From a virus (Duplodnaviria > Caudoviricetes), in the IMG/VR virus record IMGVR_UViG_3300031994_000020: a stretch of DNA of 64,000 bases. The stretch is one strand, 5' to 3'. How positions within the stretch are numbered: the first letter of the stretch is position 1; each line of letters begins with the position of its first letter. This document shows, in pieces, positions 18,209 to 30,341 of the stretch. A program made the translations under genes and the position numbers. Below the pieces are notes generated by a model. It saw nothing but the letters and a program-made list of their open reading frames with translations. It did no database searches and was not told the DNA's origin.

Positions 18209-19417
18209 ATGGCAGAACAAAGATTTTGTTCCAAATGTCGTAAGACAATGGCGGCAGACACTAACTTTTATACCTATAAAGATGGAACGAAATGCGAATT
18301 ATGCAAAGCATGCTTAACTATGCACATAAATAATTAGGAGCCGGAGACATTTCTTTGGCTTTTGGAAAAATTTGATGTTCCTTGGATTCCATCAGAATAG
18401 AATGTATTAAGAGATAGAGCTTATCAAAAAGACCCCCATAAGATGACCGGTATGTCTGTCTTTGGTAAGTATTTGTCTAAAATGAAATTAAAACAATAGA
18501 ACAAATATACTTAGGCAGATACTGAAAGGCTAAAAGCGGAAGCTGAAGAAAAAGCTAAAAAATATGGTATGCCTGATGAACAAGCGCAAGCTCAATTAGA
18601 AGAAATGAAAACTGCTTATGAAAATGGAGAAATTTCAGAAGCTCAATATAAAACATATGCAGAACAAAATGCACCAGAGCCAACACCCGAACCTGCGGCG
18701 GCTCCTCCTTCTGATGGATATGAGTATCCGGTAAATTCTCCCTTTGAGGAAGTACCCATTGTAGATGTAGGTGCGGATCTTACTGATGAAGATAAAATTT
18801 ACTTGGCTATGAAATAGGGAAGACTTTATAAAGCATATGAATGGGTTGCGCTTGAGCAATTATATAAAGAGTTTATGGATTCATTTGATATTCAAGGTGC
18901 AGCAAGAATCGACACTCTTAAAATGATATGTAAAACAAGTTTAAAAATGAATCAAGCAATAGATTGCGGGGACGTCGATTCGTACCAGAAGTTATCTAGA
19001 GTATATGATGCCATGATGAAATCCGCAAAATTCACAGAAGCTCAAAATAAAGAAGGTAAATCTGATTTTGTTGACTCTGTTGGTGAATTAGTTGCTTATT
19101 GTGAAAAGAATGGTGGACAAATTCCTAAACATGAAATTAAAGCTCCTTATGATATTGTTGATAAAATTATAAATGATTTAAAAGAATATAATAAGACTTT
19201 AATATATGAAGATAAATCATTAGCGGAAGAAATTGAACAATATTTAAAGAATAAAGAAATTGCTGAGAATATGAAGAGAGATAGAGAAGCTGCACGAGAA
19301 AAAGGTCAAGATGAAGTTGAATTAACTGATGAAGATTATGAAAATTTTAAAAAAGCAATAGCAGAAGATAAAGAAAAAGATCAACAACTTGAAGCGGGAG
19401 GTGCTGATGAAGAATGA
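18209..19417 (+). CDS. N-terminal Zn-finger protein, probable terminase small subunit (5 TAG)
   Basis: CSKC...CKAC; joins track ORFs 18569 and 18875 in frame; ATGA overlap with the terminase gene. Confidence 0.7.
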
Positions 19418-21153
19418 GTTTACAAAATTTATTAGACCTCTCAGAATCAAGATCAGTTAAACAAGGTCTTTCTGAAGAAAGATTAAAAGAACAAATTCCT
19501 CATTTGAGGAAATTAATCTCTTTTTATAGAGAATATCCTGATTATCTTGTTGATTTTATGAAAGGTCCAGATAGTACTTTTCAATTTTATTTTTATCAAA
19601 GAATATTTTTAAGAGTGGTAATGCGACATAGATATGTTTATGCAACCTTCCCTCGTGCTTATAGTAAATCATTTTTAAGTATGATGGTTTTGATGCTTAG
19701 ATGTATTCTTTATCCTAATAGTCAATTATTCGTAACGACGGGCGGAAAAGAGCAAGCTGCAAGTATCACAATAGCTAAGATAGAGGAGATATGTAAGCTG
19801 ATTCCCGCACTTAATAATGAAATAAATTAGAACCGCGGTGTTTCTAAAAAATCTAAAGATGATGTAAAATATGTATTTAAAAACGGTTCTTCTATTGATA
19901 TACTTGCGGCAAGACAATCTTCCAGAGGTCAACGTAGAACAGGTGGCCTTATGGAGGAATGCGTGCTTATAGACGGTGATATACTTAATGAAGTTATAAT
20001 TCCTACTACAAACGTAGATAGATTACTACCGGATGGAAGTAGACATAAAGAAGAAAATGTAAATAAATCTCAAATATATATTACAACGGCGGGATAGAAA
20101 AATAGTTTTGCATATGATAAACTTGTGGAACTTTTAGTCCAGAGTGTAATTGATCCAAATGAGGTTATGGTAATAGGTGGAACTTATGAGACACCAGTAA
20201 CTGAAGGACTATTAGATGAGTCTTTTGTTGATCAACTTAAAATACAAGGTACTTATAATGATGAATCTTTTGATCGTGAATATAGATCAATCTGGTCTGG
20301 TGATGTAGAAAATGCTTTTTATTCAGCAGAAAAATTTGATAAACATAGAGTATTATTACAGCCAGAGTATGAATATAGCGGAAGGTCCTCTAAATCAGCC
20401 TACTATGTAATTGGCGTAGACGTTGGTCGTATTGGATGTACGACAGAGGCTTGTGTATTTAAATCAACACCTCAACCACAAGGTTCAGATCTTAAGACTC
20501 TTGTTAATATTTATACTTACGAATCAGAAGATTTTGAAACACAAGCAGTTAATTTAAAAAAATTATATTATAAATACAAGGCGCGGGTGCTCTCTATAGA
20601 CGCCAATGGTCTAGGTATTGGTCTCGTTGATTTTATGACTAAAGCTCAAGTAGATCCAGAGACTGGTGATGATTTACCTCCATTTGGAGTTGAAGGCGGT
20701 ACTTCAGAAGACGCTTCAGAGCTTTATAAAAATATAAAAGGGTATGGAGTTGAAGAAAATGCCATGTATTTAATTAAAGCAAATGCTCCTATAAATACAG
20801 AAGCTTATTCTTATGCTCAAACACAAATGTCAAGCGGAAAGGTAAAGTTTCTTATTGATGAACAAGCTGCAAAGACTAAATTAATGAGTCAAAAACAAGG
20901 ACAGACATTAAATGCAGATCAAAGAAATGAATATCTTAAACCTTTCGTTTTAACTTCAATATTAAGAGAACAAATGTTAAATTTGGTACAGGATAATGAA
21001 GGTGTTAATATTATTTTAAAGCAAAATAATAAAAGTATTAGAAAGGATAAATTTTCTGCTTTTATTTATGGTTTGTATTATATAAAACAAGAGGAAGATA
21101 AAAAGAGAAAGAGAAAGAAAAGAGATATAAGTCAAATGTTATTTTTTAGTTAA
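19414..21153 (+). CDS. terL: terminase large subunit (2 TAG: 19828, 20095)
   Basis: YQ..F, Walker A-like PRAYSKS, Walker B LMEE, ITTAG motif III, GVDVG nuclease, C-terminal KD..SA. Confidence 0.92.
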
Positions 21154-21216
21154 CTTGGGCAGTGAAAATTAAGAGAAGTAAGATTAAATTGATATACAGT
21201 ATAAAGGAGATTGATT

Positions 21217-21573
21217 ATGAGAGCAAGCCGTGGTGAAATAAAGATAGAAGATATATTAACTGATGCGGGATTGGTATTTAAAGAAGAGTATAGTTTTTCA
21301 GATCTCGTATCAAGTAGCGGTAGACCACTCAGGTTCGATTTTGCAGTCTTTGATGATAATGGAGACTTAGATTTTTTAATTGAGTATCAAGGTATTCAAC
21401 ACTATCAAGCTAAATCTAAATTTGGTGGTTCAAAAGGTCTTTATAGACAAAAATATAATGATGCTCAAAAAAGACAATATTGTCAACAACATAATATAAC
21501 TTTAGTTATTATTCCTTATTAGGATGAAAATATACTTGATTACGATTATATTATGAAAGCGGCAGGATATTAA
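21217..21573 (+). CDS. PD-(D/E)xK / very-short-patch-like endonuclease (1 TAG)
   Basis: LRFDF...IEYQG.QHY...K..YC....I.L..IPY[TAG=W]D. Confidence 0.75.
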
Positions 21574-21594
21574 TCCTGTCGTTTCCTTTGTTGC

Positions 21595-21623
21595 TTGACA
21601 ATTTAGAAAAAATATGTTATAAT
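21595..21623 (+). promoter_or_regulatory. sigma-A promoter upstream of portal
   Basis: TTGACA-N17-TATAAT with extended TG. Confidence 0.75.
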
Positions 21624-21653
21624 AGAAATATAGTGAGAAAAGGAGGTGTCTCT

Positions 21654-23273
21654 TTGCGTAATAGAATTAAAGAAAATCATATTAAAGATTTTAGTATGAT
21701 GACACCAAGAGATACTAACCCTAATCAAACTTCTGGTTATCAAGGTATCCCCGCCATTGATTTTAATAAGATTAGGATTGGTGCGAAAACCCTTGATGAT
21801 GCCATTCTTAAATTAGGTGATTTAAAGAAAGCTAATCCAAAATTAGCAGATAAAGGAACTATATTAAAAGCTATAACTAGTTATGATTTACAAACTATGA
21901 GAGAAGCATCTGATTTATTTTATAAAGTAAGTGGTATTTATTCTCGTATTATTAAATATATGGCTTTTATGTATCGCTATGATTGGATGATTACTCCTTT
22001 CGTTAATGATGAATCTGTTAAAAAAGAAAAATTATTAAAAGGTTTTCAAAATGCTTTAAATATATTAGATAATTTTGGAGTAAAGAAAGCTTTTGGAGAA
22101 ATTGCTAAAGAAGTACTTTTACATGGAGCTTATTATGGTTATAAGGTAGATACAAAGGAAGGAATGTGTTTACAAGAACTTCCTGTAAATTATTGTAGAA
22201 GTAGATTTAATCAAGGCAAAAGACCGGCAGTTGAGTTCAATATGAAATTTTTTGATGAACAGTTTAGAGATGCCGCACAGAAGATGAAAGTATTAAAAAT
22301 GTTTCCAGATGAATTTTCAAAAGGTTATATTTTATATAAGCAAAATAAATTACCTCCTGAATTCATGGGTGATACAAGTGGTTAGTATTTATTAGATCCA
22401 AATAAGACTGTTAAATTTAATATTGCGGGAGACGATTATCCTCCATTTATAGCAGTCATTCCTTTATTAATTGATTTGGATGAAGCACAGGCATTAGACA
22501 GAAAGAAAACTTTACAAAGATTATTAAAGATAGTAATTCAGAAGATGCCGTTAGATAAAAATGGTGAATTAATATTTGATGTGGATGAAGCTCAACAGCT
22601 TCATAATAATGCTGTTCAGATGTTAAGTAGAGCAATTGGTGTGGATGTCTTAACTACATTTGCAGATGTTGATGTAGCTAGTATGACCGAAAATCAGGCA
22701 TCTGCGCAGACAGATGATTTAGCAAGAGTTGAAAGACAAGTTTTTAATGAAGCTGGTTTATCTCAGATGCAATTTAATACTGATGGAAACATAGCATTAG
22801 AGAAGTCTATATTAAATGATGAATCAAGTATTTATAATATGATTCTTCAGTTTGAGCAATTTTTAAATGAGCTTATTGAACCATGTAATATGGGTAAGAA
22901 AGCTCAATTTAAAGCACAGATATTAAGCACTACAATTTATAATTATAAAGAGTTATCTAAATTATATAAAGAACAAATGCAAATTGGTTTCTCAAAGATG
23001 TTACCTCAAATTGCACTTGGTCAATCACAAAGTAGTATTCTTGCTAATGCATACTTTGAAAATGATATACTTGATCTGGTTAATGTATTTATACCTCCTT
23101 TAATGAGTTCTACTATGAATGAAAATATTCTTAATAGAGTTAAAGGCGGGAACCCAGGCACTGGGAGTCCATCAACTAACCCTGGTAAGGAACAGGAAGG
23201 CGCCGGCCGCAAGGAATTACCAGATGATCAAAAGTCAACAAAGACTATTCAAAATAGAGAGAGCATGAATTAA
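21654..23273 (+). CDS. portal protein (1 TAG at 22383)
   Basis: AGGAGGT RBS + TTG; 539 aa after readthrough; position between terminase and protease. Confidence 0.8.
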
Positions 23274-23286
23274 GGAGGATATAGTA

Positions 23287-24636
23287 ATGGCACGAATGAG
23301 TGTTGCAACGATAGATTCTCCGGAGTTTATTAATATTACTTCTATTAATCCTCTTGTTTCTAAATGTGAGATAAAAGTTCTTTATGTTGGAGAGAATAGA
23401 AATAGAAGTTTTATTTCAAAAGAAGTAGCTACTGAAATGGCGCAGACTTTACCTGGATGTCCTATTGTTGGCTACTATATTGAAAATAAAGAAGACTTTG
23501 GAGATCATGGTGACCAAATGATTATTGATGGTGAGGGTATTAAATTTAATAAGCTCACTAAACCTTATGGATTTGTTGCTCCTGATAGTAAAATATAGTT
23601 CCAAAAGTTTGAAGATACTGATGAATTTGGAAATACTGTTATTAGAGATTATTTAATGACAGAAGGGTATATTTAGACTGGACAGTTTGAAGAGTGTCAG
23701 AGAGTTGTCGATAAAGGAAATCCGCAATCTATGGAACTTGATGAAAAAACTTTAAAGGGTCATTGGTCAACTGATAATAATCGTGGCATTGATTTTTTCA
23801 TTATAAATGACGCGATATTTTCTAAGTTATGTATTTTAGGAGAGGACGTTGAACCTTGTTTTGAAGGTGCTTCAGTTTCTGCTCCTCAAGTAAGTTCTCA
23901 TTTTAGTATGGATAATGAATTTACAGCTACTTTATCATCAATGATAAAAGAATTAAAAGAACTTACTTTTGCATTACAAAATAAAGGAGGAAATTCAATG
24001 GACGGTATGGAGAACACAACACCAGTAGTTGAAGAACAAGCTATTGAAGTACCTGCCGCAGAAGAAGTTGCTACAGAAAATTTTTCTGCTGAAGAGGACA
24101 AAGTAAGTTCAGAAACTATAGTTGAAAATCAAAATACAGTAGAAGAGTTCGAAAAGAAAGAAGAACCTGAAGAGGAAAAGAAAGAAGAGTCTGAAGAGAA
24201 AGAAAAAGAAGAAGATGATGAAGAGGAAAAAGAGCCTAAGAAAAATCATTCTTTAGAAGATGAATTTGCTTTAGTAAAAGAAGAACTTGACGAACTCAAG
24301 AATCAGTATTCACTTTTACAGAAAGAAAATGAAGAACTTATTAAGTTTAAGAACTCTGTAGAAGATGAAAAGAAAGATGCTCTTATAAATTCTTTCTATA
24401 TGCTTTCTGATGAAGACAAGAAAGAAGTTATTGAGAATAAATCTAAATATTCTTTAGATGATATTGAAGCTAAACTTTCTGTTATTTGCGTAAGAAAGAG
24501 AGTTAATTTCAATAATGAAGAAGTAAAAACAGAAGAACAGCCTGCTCTTATTTACAATTTTAATGCGGCAGAAGAAGTTGATGCACTTCCTGCATGGTTA
24601 AAGGCTGTTGAAGCTAAACGAAACAATAATAATTAA
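23287..24636 (+). CDS. prohead protease-scaffold fusion (2 TAG)
   Basis: N-terminal H...GYI[W]T...QSMEL protease-like domain; acidic coiled-coil C-terminus. Confidence 0.75.
23998..24636 (+). CDS. nested in-frame scaffolding protein
   Basis: internal AAAGGAGG RBS 7 nt before ATG 23998. Confidence 0.6.
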   Translation: MDGMENTTPVVEEQAIEVPAAEEVATENFSAEEDKVSSETIVENQNTVEEFEKKEEPEEEKKEESEEKEKEEDDEEEKEPKKNHSLEDEFALVKEELDELKNQYSLLQKENEELIKFKNSVEDEKKDALINSFYMLSDEDKKEVIENKSKYSLDDIEAKLSVICVRKRVNFNNEEVKTEEQPALIYNFNAAEEVDALPAWLKAVEAKRNNNN

Positions 24637-24649
24637 GGAGGAATATACA

Positions 24650-25345
24650 ATGGCATTTACAAGAGTCGGATATGGTCAAGTAGAGCCTAATCAACTTTCT
24701 GCTCAGAAAACTGGCCAGATTTATGCTAGTCTCCCTCTTGATCCTACTGTTAACGTACTTCAGAATGGTGAATTCATGTATTATGATTATGCCACTGGTA
24801 AAGTAACAGCAGATGATTCAACAGGTGTGGCAGAGCCTATGCTCGTATTCAATGAAATAAAACTTTATGAACCTTTCTGGAGACGTTCTTATAAAGATTT
24901 TGCAATGATTAGAGTTGGTGACAATTATGTTACTTCTGATCTTGCAGTTAATGGACCTATCGAAGGAAAATATGGTGATGGCGCTTTAACAACAGGCGTT
25001 GTTCCTACAGCAAATTACATGGATGATCAGACACCTCCAGTACAGCAAACACTCACCGGTCATACTGAGTATCCTTATCGAATGGATGGTATCGCACCTC
25101 GTCTTTTCAAGACAAATGTAGGTGATATTTATACTACTAATATGGTTAAAGCTGGTGCTAATGTAACTTATGCTGTTGGTGCATTACTTGTACCTGTTAA
25201 AAATACAACTTCAAAGACACTTGTTCTTGAAGAGTTCGTACCTGCTCAGACAGGCGATAAGCCTACTGGTATGGCATGGGTTGTTGTTAAAGTTTACACA
25301 ATGCCTGATGGTCAAGATGCTGTTAAGCTTCAGAGAGTACAATAA
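24650..25345 (+). CDS. head decoration / minor capsid protein
   Basis: RBS; position before the MCP; no TAG. Confidence 0.6.
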   Translation: MAFTRVGYGQVEPNQLSAQKTGQIYASLPLDPTVNVLQNGEFMYYDYATGKVTADDSTGVAEPMLVFNEIKLYEPFWRRSYKDFAMIRVGDNYVTSDLAVNGPIEGKYGDGALTTGVVPTANYMDDQTPPVQQTLTGHTEYPYRMDGIAPRLFKTNVGDIYTTNMVKAGANVTYAVGALLVPVKNTTSKTLVLEEFVPAQTGDKPTGMAWVVVKVYTMPDGQDAVKLQRVQ

Positions 25346-25364
25346 TTAATAGGAGGATAAGAAA

Positions 25365-26396
25365 ATGGCTTTAGAATTTAAAGATGTATTAGCATTAGCT
25401 AAAACCGTAGCCAAGGCTAATTCTTCTGCTCCTACTGCGTACAGCTTTGGAGATAAGAAATATAGCTATAATGAGTTACAGGAAACTTTAAGAGATGAGT
25501 TCAAGGAAATCGCTGGAACTTATTCACTTTATAGAGAAAATAAGAATACTGTATTTGCTCTTTTAGAGCAGACAATTGACGATGTATTACCCGCAAGAGT
25601 TCTTGAACAATATGGTCAGTTCGCTGAAATCAAGACTTTCGCACAGGGTGACAAGCCTATCTTCACACAGAAGATAACAACCGCTTCAAGAAGACGTGCA
25701 AGACAGTTTATCGGAAAAGTTGGTCTTGCTGGTTTATACGAAGTATTCAAGCTTGATGGAACTAGCTACGAAGTAACAACCAATGCAATTGGTGGTGCTG
25801 CGCAGATCGGTTTTGAAGAGTGGATGGATGGTCGTGTAGATTTCGCAGACGTTCTTGATATAGTAATGGAAGGTCTTGATTCTTGCATCTATGTTGAGAT
25901 TGAGAAGCAGTTATTAGGTGCTGTAGGTATTATGCAGGCAGCAAATAAGAGATCTGTAGCTGGTTGGAGTGAGACCGATATGGACGCTTTAATCTCCATC
26001 GCTGATTCTTATGGAAAATCTGCTATTTACTGTACATATGAATTTGCAGCAACTATGGTTCCTGCTCAGGGCTGGGTTTCTGATGAAATGAGAAATCAGA
26101 AGTGGAATAATGGTTATATCGCTAACTATAAGGGTCATACAGTAATTGTTCTTCCTCAGTCATATGAAGATGAAACAAATAAGGTAAAGGTTATCGATCC
26201 TAGTTTCGCATACATTATTCCTGTTGGTGCTGAAAAACCTGTTAAGATTGCATTAGAAGGACAGACAATCGTTGATGAATACACCAATTATGATAGATCA
26301 AGAGAAGTACAGATCTATAAGAAGATCGGTGTAAGAGCTATCTTTTCTAACGCTATCTGTGTATATCAGAACACAACATTAAAACGTGGTATTTGA
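25365..26396 (+). CDS. major capsid protein
   Basis: 343 aa, position, high-expression codon bias, followed by a terminator; no TAG. Confidence 0.85.
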   Translation: MALEFKDVLALAKTVAKANSSAPTAYSFGDKKYSYNELQETLRDEFKEIAGTYSLYRENKNTVFALLEQTIDDVLPARVLEQYGQFAEIKTFAQGDKPIFTQKITTASRRRARQFIGKVGLAGLYEVFKLDGTSYEVTTNAIGGAAQIGFEEWMDGRVDFADVLDIVMEGLDSCIYVEIEKQLLGAVGIMQAANKRSVAGWSETDMDALISIADSYGKSAIYCTYEFAATMVPAQGWVSDEMRNQKWNNGYIANYKGHTVIVLPQSYEDETNKVKVIDPSFAYIIPVGAEKPVKIALEGQTIVDEYTNYDRSREVQIYKKIGVRAIFSNAICVYQNTTLKRGI

Positions 26397-26421
26397 TAAT
26401 TAATTGCTTTAAAATAAAATA

Positions 26422-26456
26422 TGGGGAAGATGGATCAATCTTCCCCAATATTTTTA
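26422..26456 (+). terminator. intrinsic terminator
   Basis: TGGGGAAGAT/ATCTTCCCCA + T run. Confidence 0.75.
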
Positions 26457-26482
26457 TATAAGAGGTAAAAGGAGATAAGTTT

Positions 26483-27088
26483 ATGAAAGATATAAATAGT
26501 GGTTTAATTTCCGTTAAAAATAGAAATAATGGAACAACAGTTTATAAAATCCCAGATAAAAATATAGTAAGAACTTTTGCTCCAGGTGAAACAAAGCAGA
26601 TTTCTTTAGATGAATTAAAAGAACTTCAGTGGATTCCTGGCGGTGAATATTTACTTAAAAATCTTTTAATTGTTGATAATAAGGTAGCATTAGATGCTCT
26701 TAATATGAAAGTAGAACCAGAATATTTCTATACTGAAGATGATATTAGAAAACTTCTCACAGGTATGGATAATATGGATGAATTTCTTGATTTTCTTGAT
26801 TTTGCAACTGAAGGTGCTATTGATATAGCAAAAGATATTGCTGTAAAGGAAAGAATTCCCGATTCAAGAAAGAGAGAGGCTCTTTCAGCAAAAACTGGTT
26901 TTAATATAGATAGTGCAATAAATATGGACAAACTCTTTGAAGAAGAAGAGAATAAGCCTGAGCCAGAAAAGAAGGAACGCAGAGTAAAGGTGGCAGATGC
27001 TAAAGAAGAAGAAGCTCCTAAGAGAAGAGTTGCTATTTCTGAAAAAAGTGCGGAAACCGCATCTAAGTATAAAATAATTTCTAAATAA
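26483..27088 (+). CDS. hypothetical protein
   Basis: ORF with RBS. Confidence 0.8.
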   Translation: MKDINSGLISVKNRNNGTTVYKIPDKNIVRTFAPGETKQISLDELKELQWIPGGEYLLKNLLIVDNKVALDALNMKVEPEYFYTEDDIRKLLTGMDNMDEFLDFLDFATEGAIDIAKDIAVKERIPDSRKREALSAKTGFNIDSAINMDKLFEEEENKPEPEKKERRVKVADAKEEEAPKRRVAISEKSAETASKYKIISK

Positions 27089-27112
27089 TATTAGAAGAAA
27101 GTGAGGTGCCGA

Positions 27113-27718
27113 ATGAGTAGAATAAAAGCTCCCACCTCATTTGTAACCATATATGATAGTTTCTTTGCAAGAGTAACTGATGATATGTATATGGAGATAA
27201 CTGAACTTGAAACGTTAGAAATGTTACAAGACCTTTTATTAAATGCTATTTCTAGATTTGAATTTCCTAGAGTAGATATATTCGATTATGAAGAAGGTCA
27301 TTAGGAAGATATGGGTACTTATAAAGGCGTTGAAAGTGAAAATAAAAAAGTGCCAGCTACCGGATAGGTAGGTGGCTTTTTTAATTATCTTCTGACTGAT
27401 GAAGAAATTAATATTCTTGCTTTAAATATGGTTATAGAATGGTTAGGACAGCAATTAGATACTACTGAAAATTCAAGAATGAAATATAGTGGTTCTGATT
27501 TTAAATTTACTTCTCAAGCTAATCATATGGCTAAATTAAAAGTTCTTATAGATGCACATAAACAAGATTGTGTTCATTTACAGAGAATTTACAAGAGAAG
27601 AGTATTTACTGAAAATGGTGCCCAATCCACCATGGGTCAGATTGTCTCTCGCCCTGATTATGGAGTAGACAAAATTAATAGAATAGGTTGGTATTCTAAA
27701 CGTGGTATTAAAATATGA
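27113..27718 (+). CDS. putative head-tail adaptor (2 TAG)
   Basis: joins track ORFs 27101 and 27428 in frame; synteny. Confidence 0.65.
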
Positions 27719-28013
27719 TTTAGAATTTGATAATGATACTATAAAGAAAAGTCTTGATAGAATCACAAATCAAATTTTTAAATTATTACCAAGTAGAGAA
27801 GAAGGCGGCGATTGGTTAACGCCACTTCAAAACTTGATATATGAAATTATTGGTATGAAAGCACTTTGGGTCGATCAAACAAATTTGTTTTCTTTATTAT
27901 GTAAATTAGAAGCCTTATTAACATTAACAGATGAAAATGATTTTCTTATTTTTAGAAAACTTATTTTTGAATGTTTAGGGCTTGTAACTCAAATAAAAAA
28001 ATGTCTGGATTAA
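27702..28013 (+). CDS. hypothetical protein
   Basis: ORF overlapping both neighbours. Confidence 0.7.
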   Translation: MVLKYDLEFDNDTIKKSLDRITNQIFKLLPSREEGGDWLTPLQNLIYEIIGMKALWVDQTNLFSLLCKLEALLTLTDENDFLIFRKLIFECLGLVTQIKKCLD

Positions 28014-28957
28014 GTAATATGTTATTAAGAGCCGGTTATAAAGGTTATGACAGGGCGGATGATCGTAACGTCACTGGTAAGTTTAAATCTTTTTTAGCTG
28101 CTTTAAAAAATTCATACCAAGCGGAATGGATTACCTTAAATAAAGGTGAAGAAAATGAACAAAGATAGAGATGTTTAATAAATCCTTCCCGCTTAACAGA
28201 GCAATTTGATAAAAAAGTTATTTCAATAGAGTTTGAATCTGGGTTAGAAGAAGGTTCAGTATTTTATTAGGATAGAACCAACAGATATTGGATTGTTAAT
28301 CTTCAACAGCATACAGAGGAAGCTTACTTTAGAGGTACTATAACAAGAGCTGATGGCATTATAGAAGTTGATGACCATCCATATTGGGTTAGTGTGCGCG
28401 GACCTGTTGAAACTGAGACGATATAGAATCAGAAGCATGGTATTACATAGAATGATCTTAATTACTCTATGGTAATTCAAATTGCTAAGGATAGTAGGAC
28501 AGTACCTTATTTTTCAAGGCATAAAGTTATTAAAATGAGATTATCTTATCCTGATGCGGAAACTGGAGAACCTTTAGAAGAATGGCATAATTAGAAAGTG
28601 GTTGCCACTGATAAATATTCTGAAGAGAAAGTTATGCAAGTATATCTTGATGAATAGTATGATAATGAGGCGGAAGATGCCATGATCCCAGAAGAGGAGA
28701 CAGTACCTGATCTTATGGCTCCACATATCGAGGGTCCCGCAGATGCACATGTTTATGATGAAAATTTAGTCTTTTCTATTGTTGGTTTAAACAGTGGAGA
28801 ATTTGTAGTTAACTCTGATAAAGTTAAAATTACAAAAATGACTGATACTTCATGTACTTTAGATATTTTAGCAGGAAAATCTTTCAGTTTTAATTTGTCT
28901 TATAAGACGCAGGATGGAACTACAGTTGATAAAGTAATAACTGTAAAATCATTTTAA
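28001..28957 (+). CDS. putative head closure protein (6 TAG)
   Basis: continuous frame to TAA 28955 if TAG is read through. Confidence 0.65.
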
Positions 28958-28983
28958 TTAAAGGAGATACAAGGAGGGATAAT

Positions 28984-29568
28984 ATGAGAGGTTCAAGAAT
29001 GAATGGTTATCAAGGAGAATTCCAATCTTCTTTTCTCTCTTGTGAAAAAGATACAGAGACGATTATAAAGAAGTTATTTGTTGAAAGTCGTCCTTATAGT
29101 GATTTATTAAAAAGATTGCTTTTGATAAATACTAAAGATTGCCTATATGATATGACTAATCCTAAATATATAGATATTATAAAAAATACTTCGGTGCAAG
29201 ATTTACATGATAAAGGTTATGTTAGACTTAGCCCTAAAATTTTATTGGGTGAAAATGAAGAAGTTAAATCTTATATAAGAATTTCTTATGACCATTTTAC
29301 TCCTTCAAGAAATTTACAATTTAGAGATTGTATTGTAGAGATAGATATAATTTGTCATCCTGAATATTGGGATTTGGGCAATTATAGACAAAGGCCTATA
29401 AAGATTGCGGGATTTATTGATGGTATTTTAAATAATAGTAAATTATCTGGAATAGGTACTCTTCAATTTGCGGGATGCAATGAAATCATATTAGATGAAA
29501 ATTTAGCTGGCTATTGTTTAATGTATACAGCTACTCATGGTAGTGATGATATAATTGAGGAGGAGTAA
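28984..29568 (+). CDS. putative tail terminator/completion protein
   Basis: synteny; RP.KI...ID..L pattern. Confidence 0.55.
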   Translation: MRGSRMNGYQGEFQSSFLSCEKDTETIIKKLFVESRPYSDLLKRLLLINTKDCLYDMTNPKYIDIIKNTSVQDLHDKGYVRLSPKILLGENEEVKSYIRISYDHFTPSRNLQFRDCIVEIDIICHPEYWDLGNYRQRPIKIAGFIDGILNNSKLSGIGTLQFAGCNEIILDENLAGYCLMYTATHGSDDIIEEE

Positions 29569-29571
29569 TTT

Positions 29572-30306
29572 ATGGAGGTCGATGAATTATTATTACAAAC
29601 TGGTGCGGATATACCTTTTGCCCAGGCGCGGTTAACAATTCATCAACCACTTTTGAAAGAAATTGCTTTTATGGGGGAGAGTAATTTTCATATAGGTAGT
29701 CAATTTTTGTTGTTTGATAAAAATAATTTATCTGACAAGGACAAGGTTGGTTTAGAAAATCAAAGCAATTTTAATATATTTATGTCAGTAATGCATAGTC
29801 ATGAAAAGGCTATACATAAGACATGCGCTTTGATGATTTTAGCTTTACTTTTTCCAGAAGCTAAAATGAAAGTTGAAGCAGATAAAATACTTCTTCAACT
29901 AGAACAATTTTCATCAAGTATAAATGAACAAAATTTTGTGGATTTCCAAAGTATTATAAAGCAAATATTTTGTTTAGGAGATAAAGGAGATTCTAGTAAT
30001 TATGATCCCGCGGATGCGCTTGCCGCACGAATAGCTAATAAGATAAAAAAAGGTAAAGAAAAGTTAGCAGAAAAAAAAGGTATTGATATTACCAAAATTT
30101 CTATTTATAGTAAATATATAAGTATATTAGCGGTGGGATTAAATAAAGATAAAAATGAATTATCTAATTATACTGTTTATCAGTTAATGGATGAATTCGA
30201 GAGATTTCAACGTTATCAAAGTTTTGATATTTATATTAAGGCAAAGATGGCTGGAGCTCAAGACTTAGAAGAAGTAGATAATTGGATGGGTGATTTACAT
30301 TCTTAA
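29572..30306 (+). CDS. hypothetical tail-region protein
   Basis: ORF with RBS. Confidence 0.75.
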   Translation: MEVDELLLQTGADIPFAQARLTIHQPLLKEIAFMGESNFHIGSQFLLFDKNNLSDKDKVGLENQSNFNIFMSVMHSHEKAIHKTCALMILALLFPEAKMKVEADKILLQLEQFSSSINEQNFVDFQSIIKQIFCLGDKGDSSNYDPADALAARIANKIKKGKEKLAEKKGIDITKISIYSKYISILAVGLNKDKNELSNYTVYQLMDEFERFQRYQSFDIYIKAKMAGAQDLEEVDNWMGDLHS

Positions 30307-30341
30307 CCAATTTAGCTAAATTTATTAAGGAGGAAAAAATA

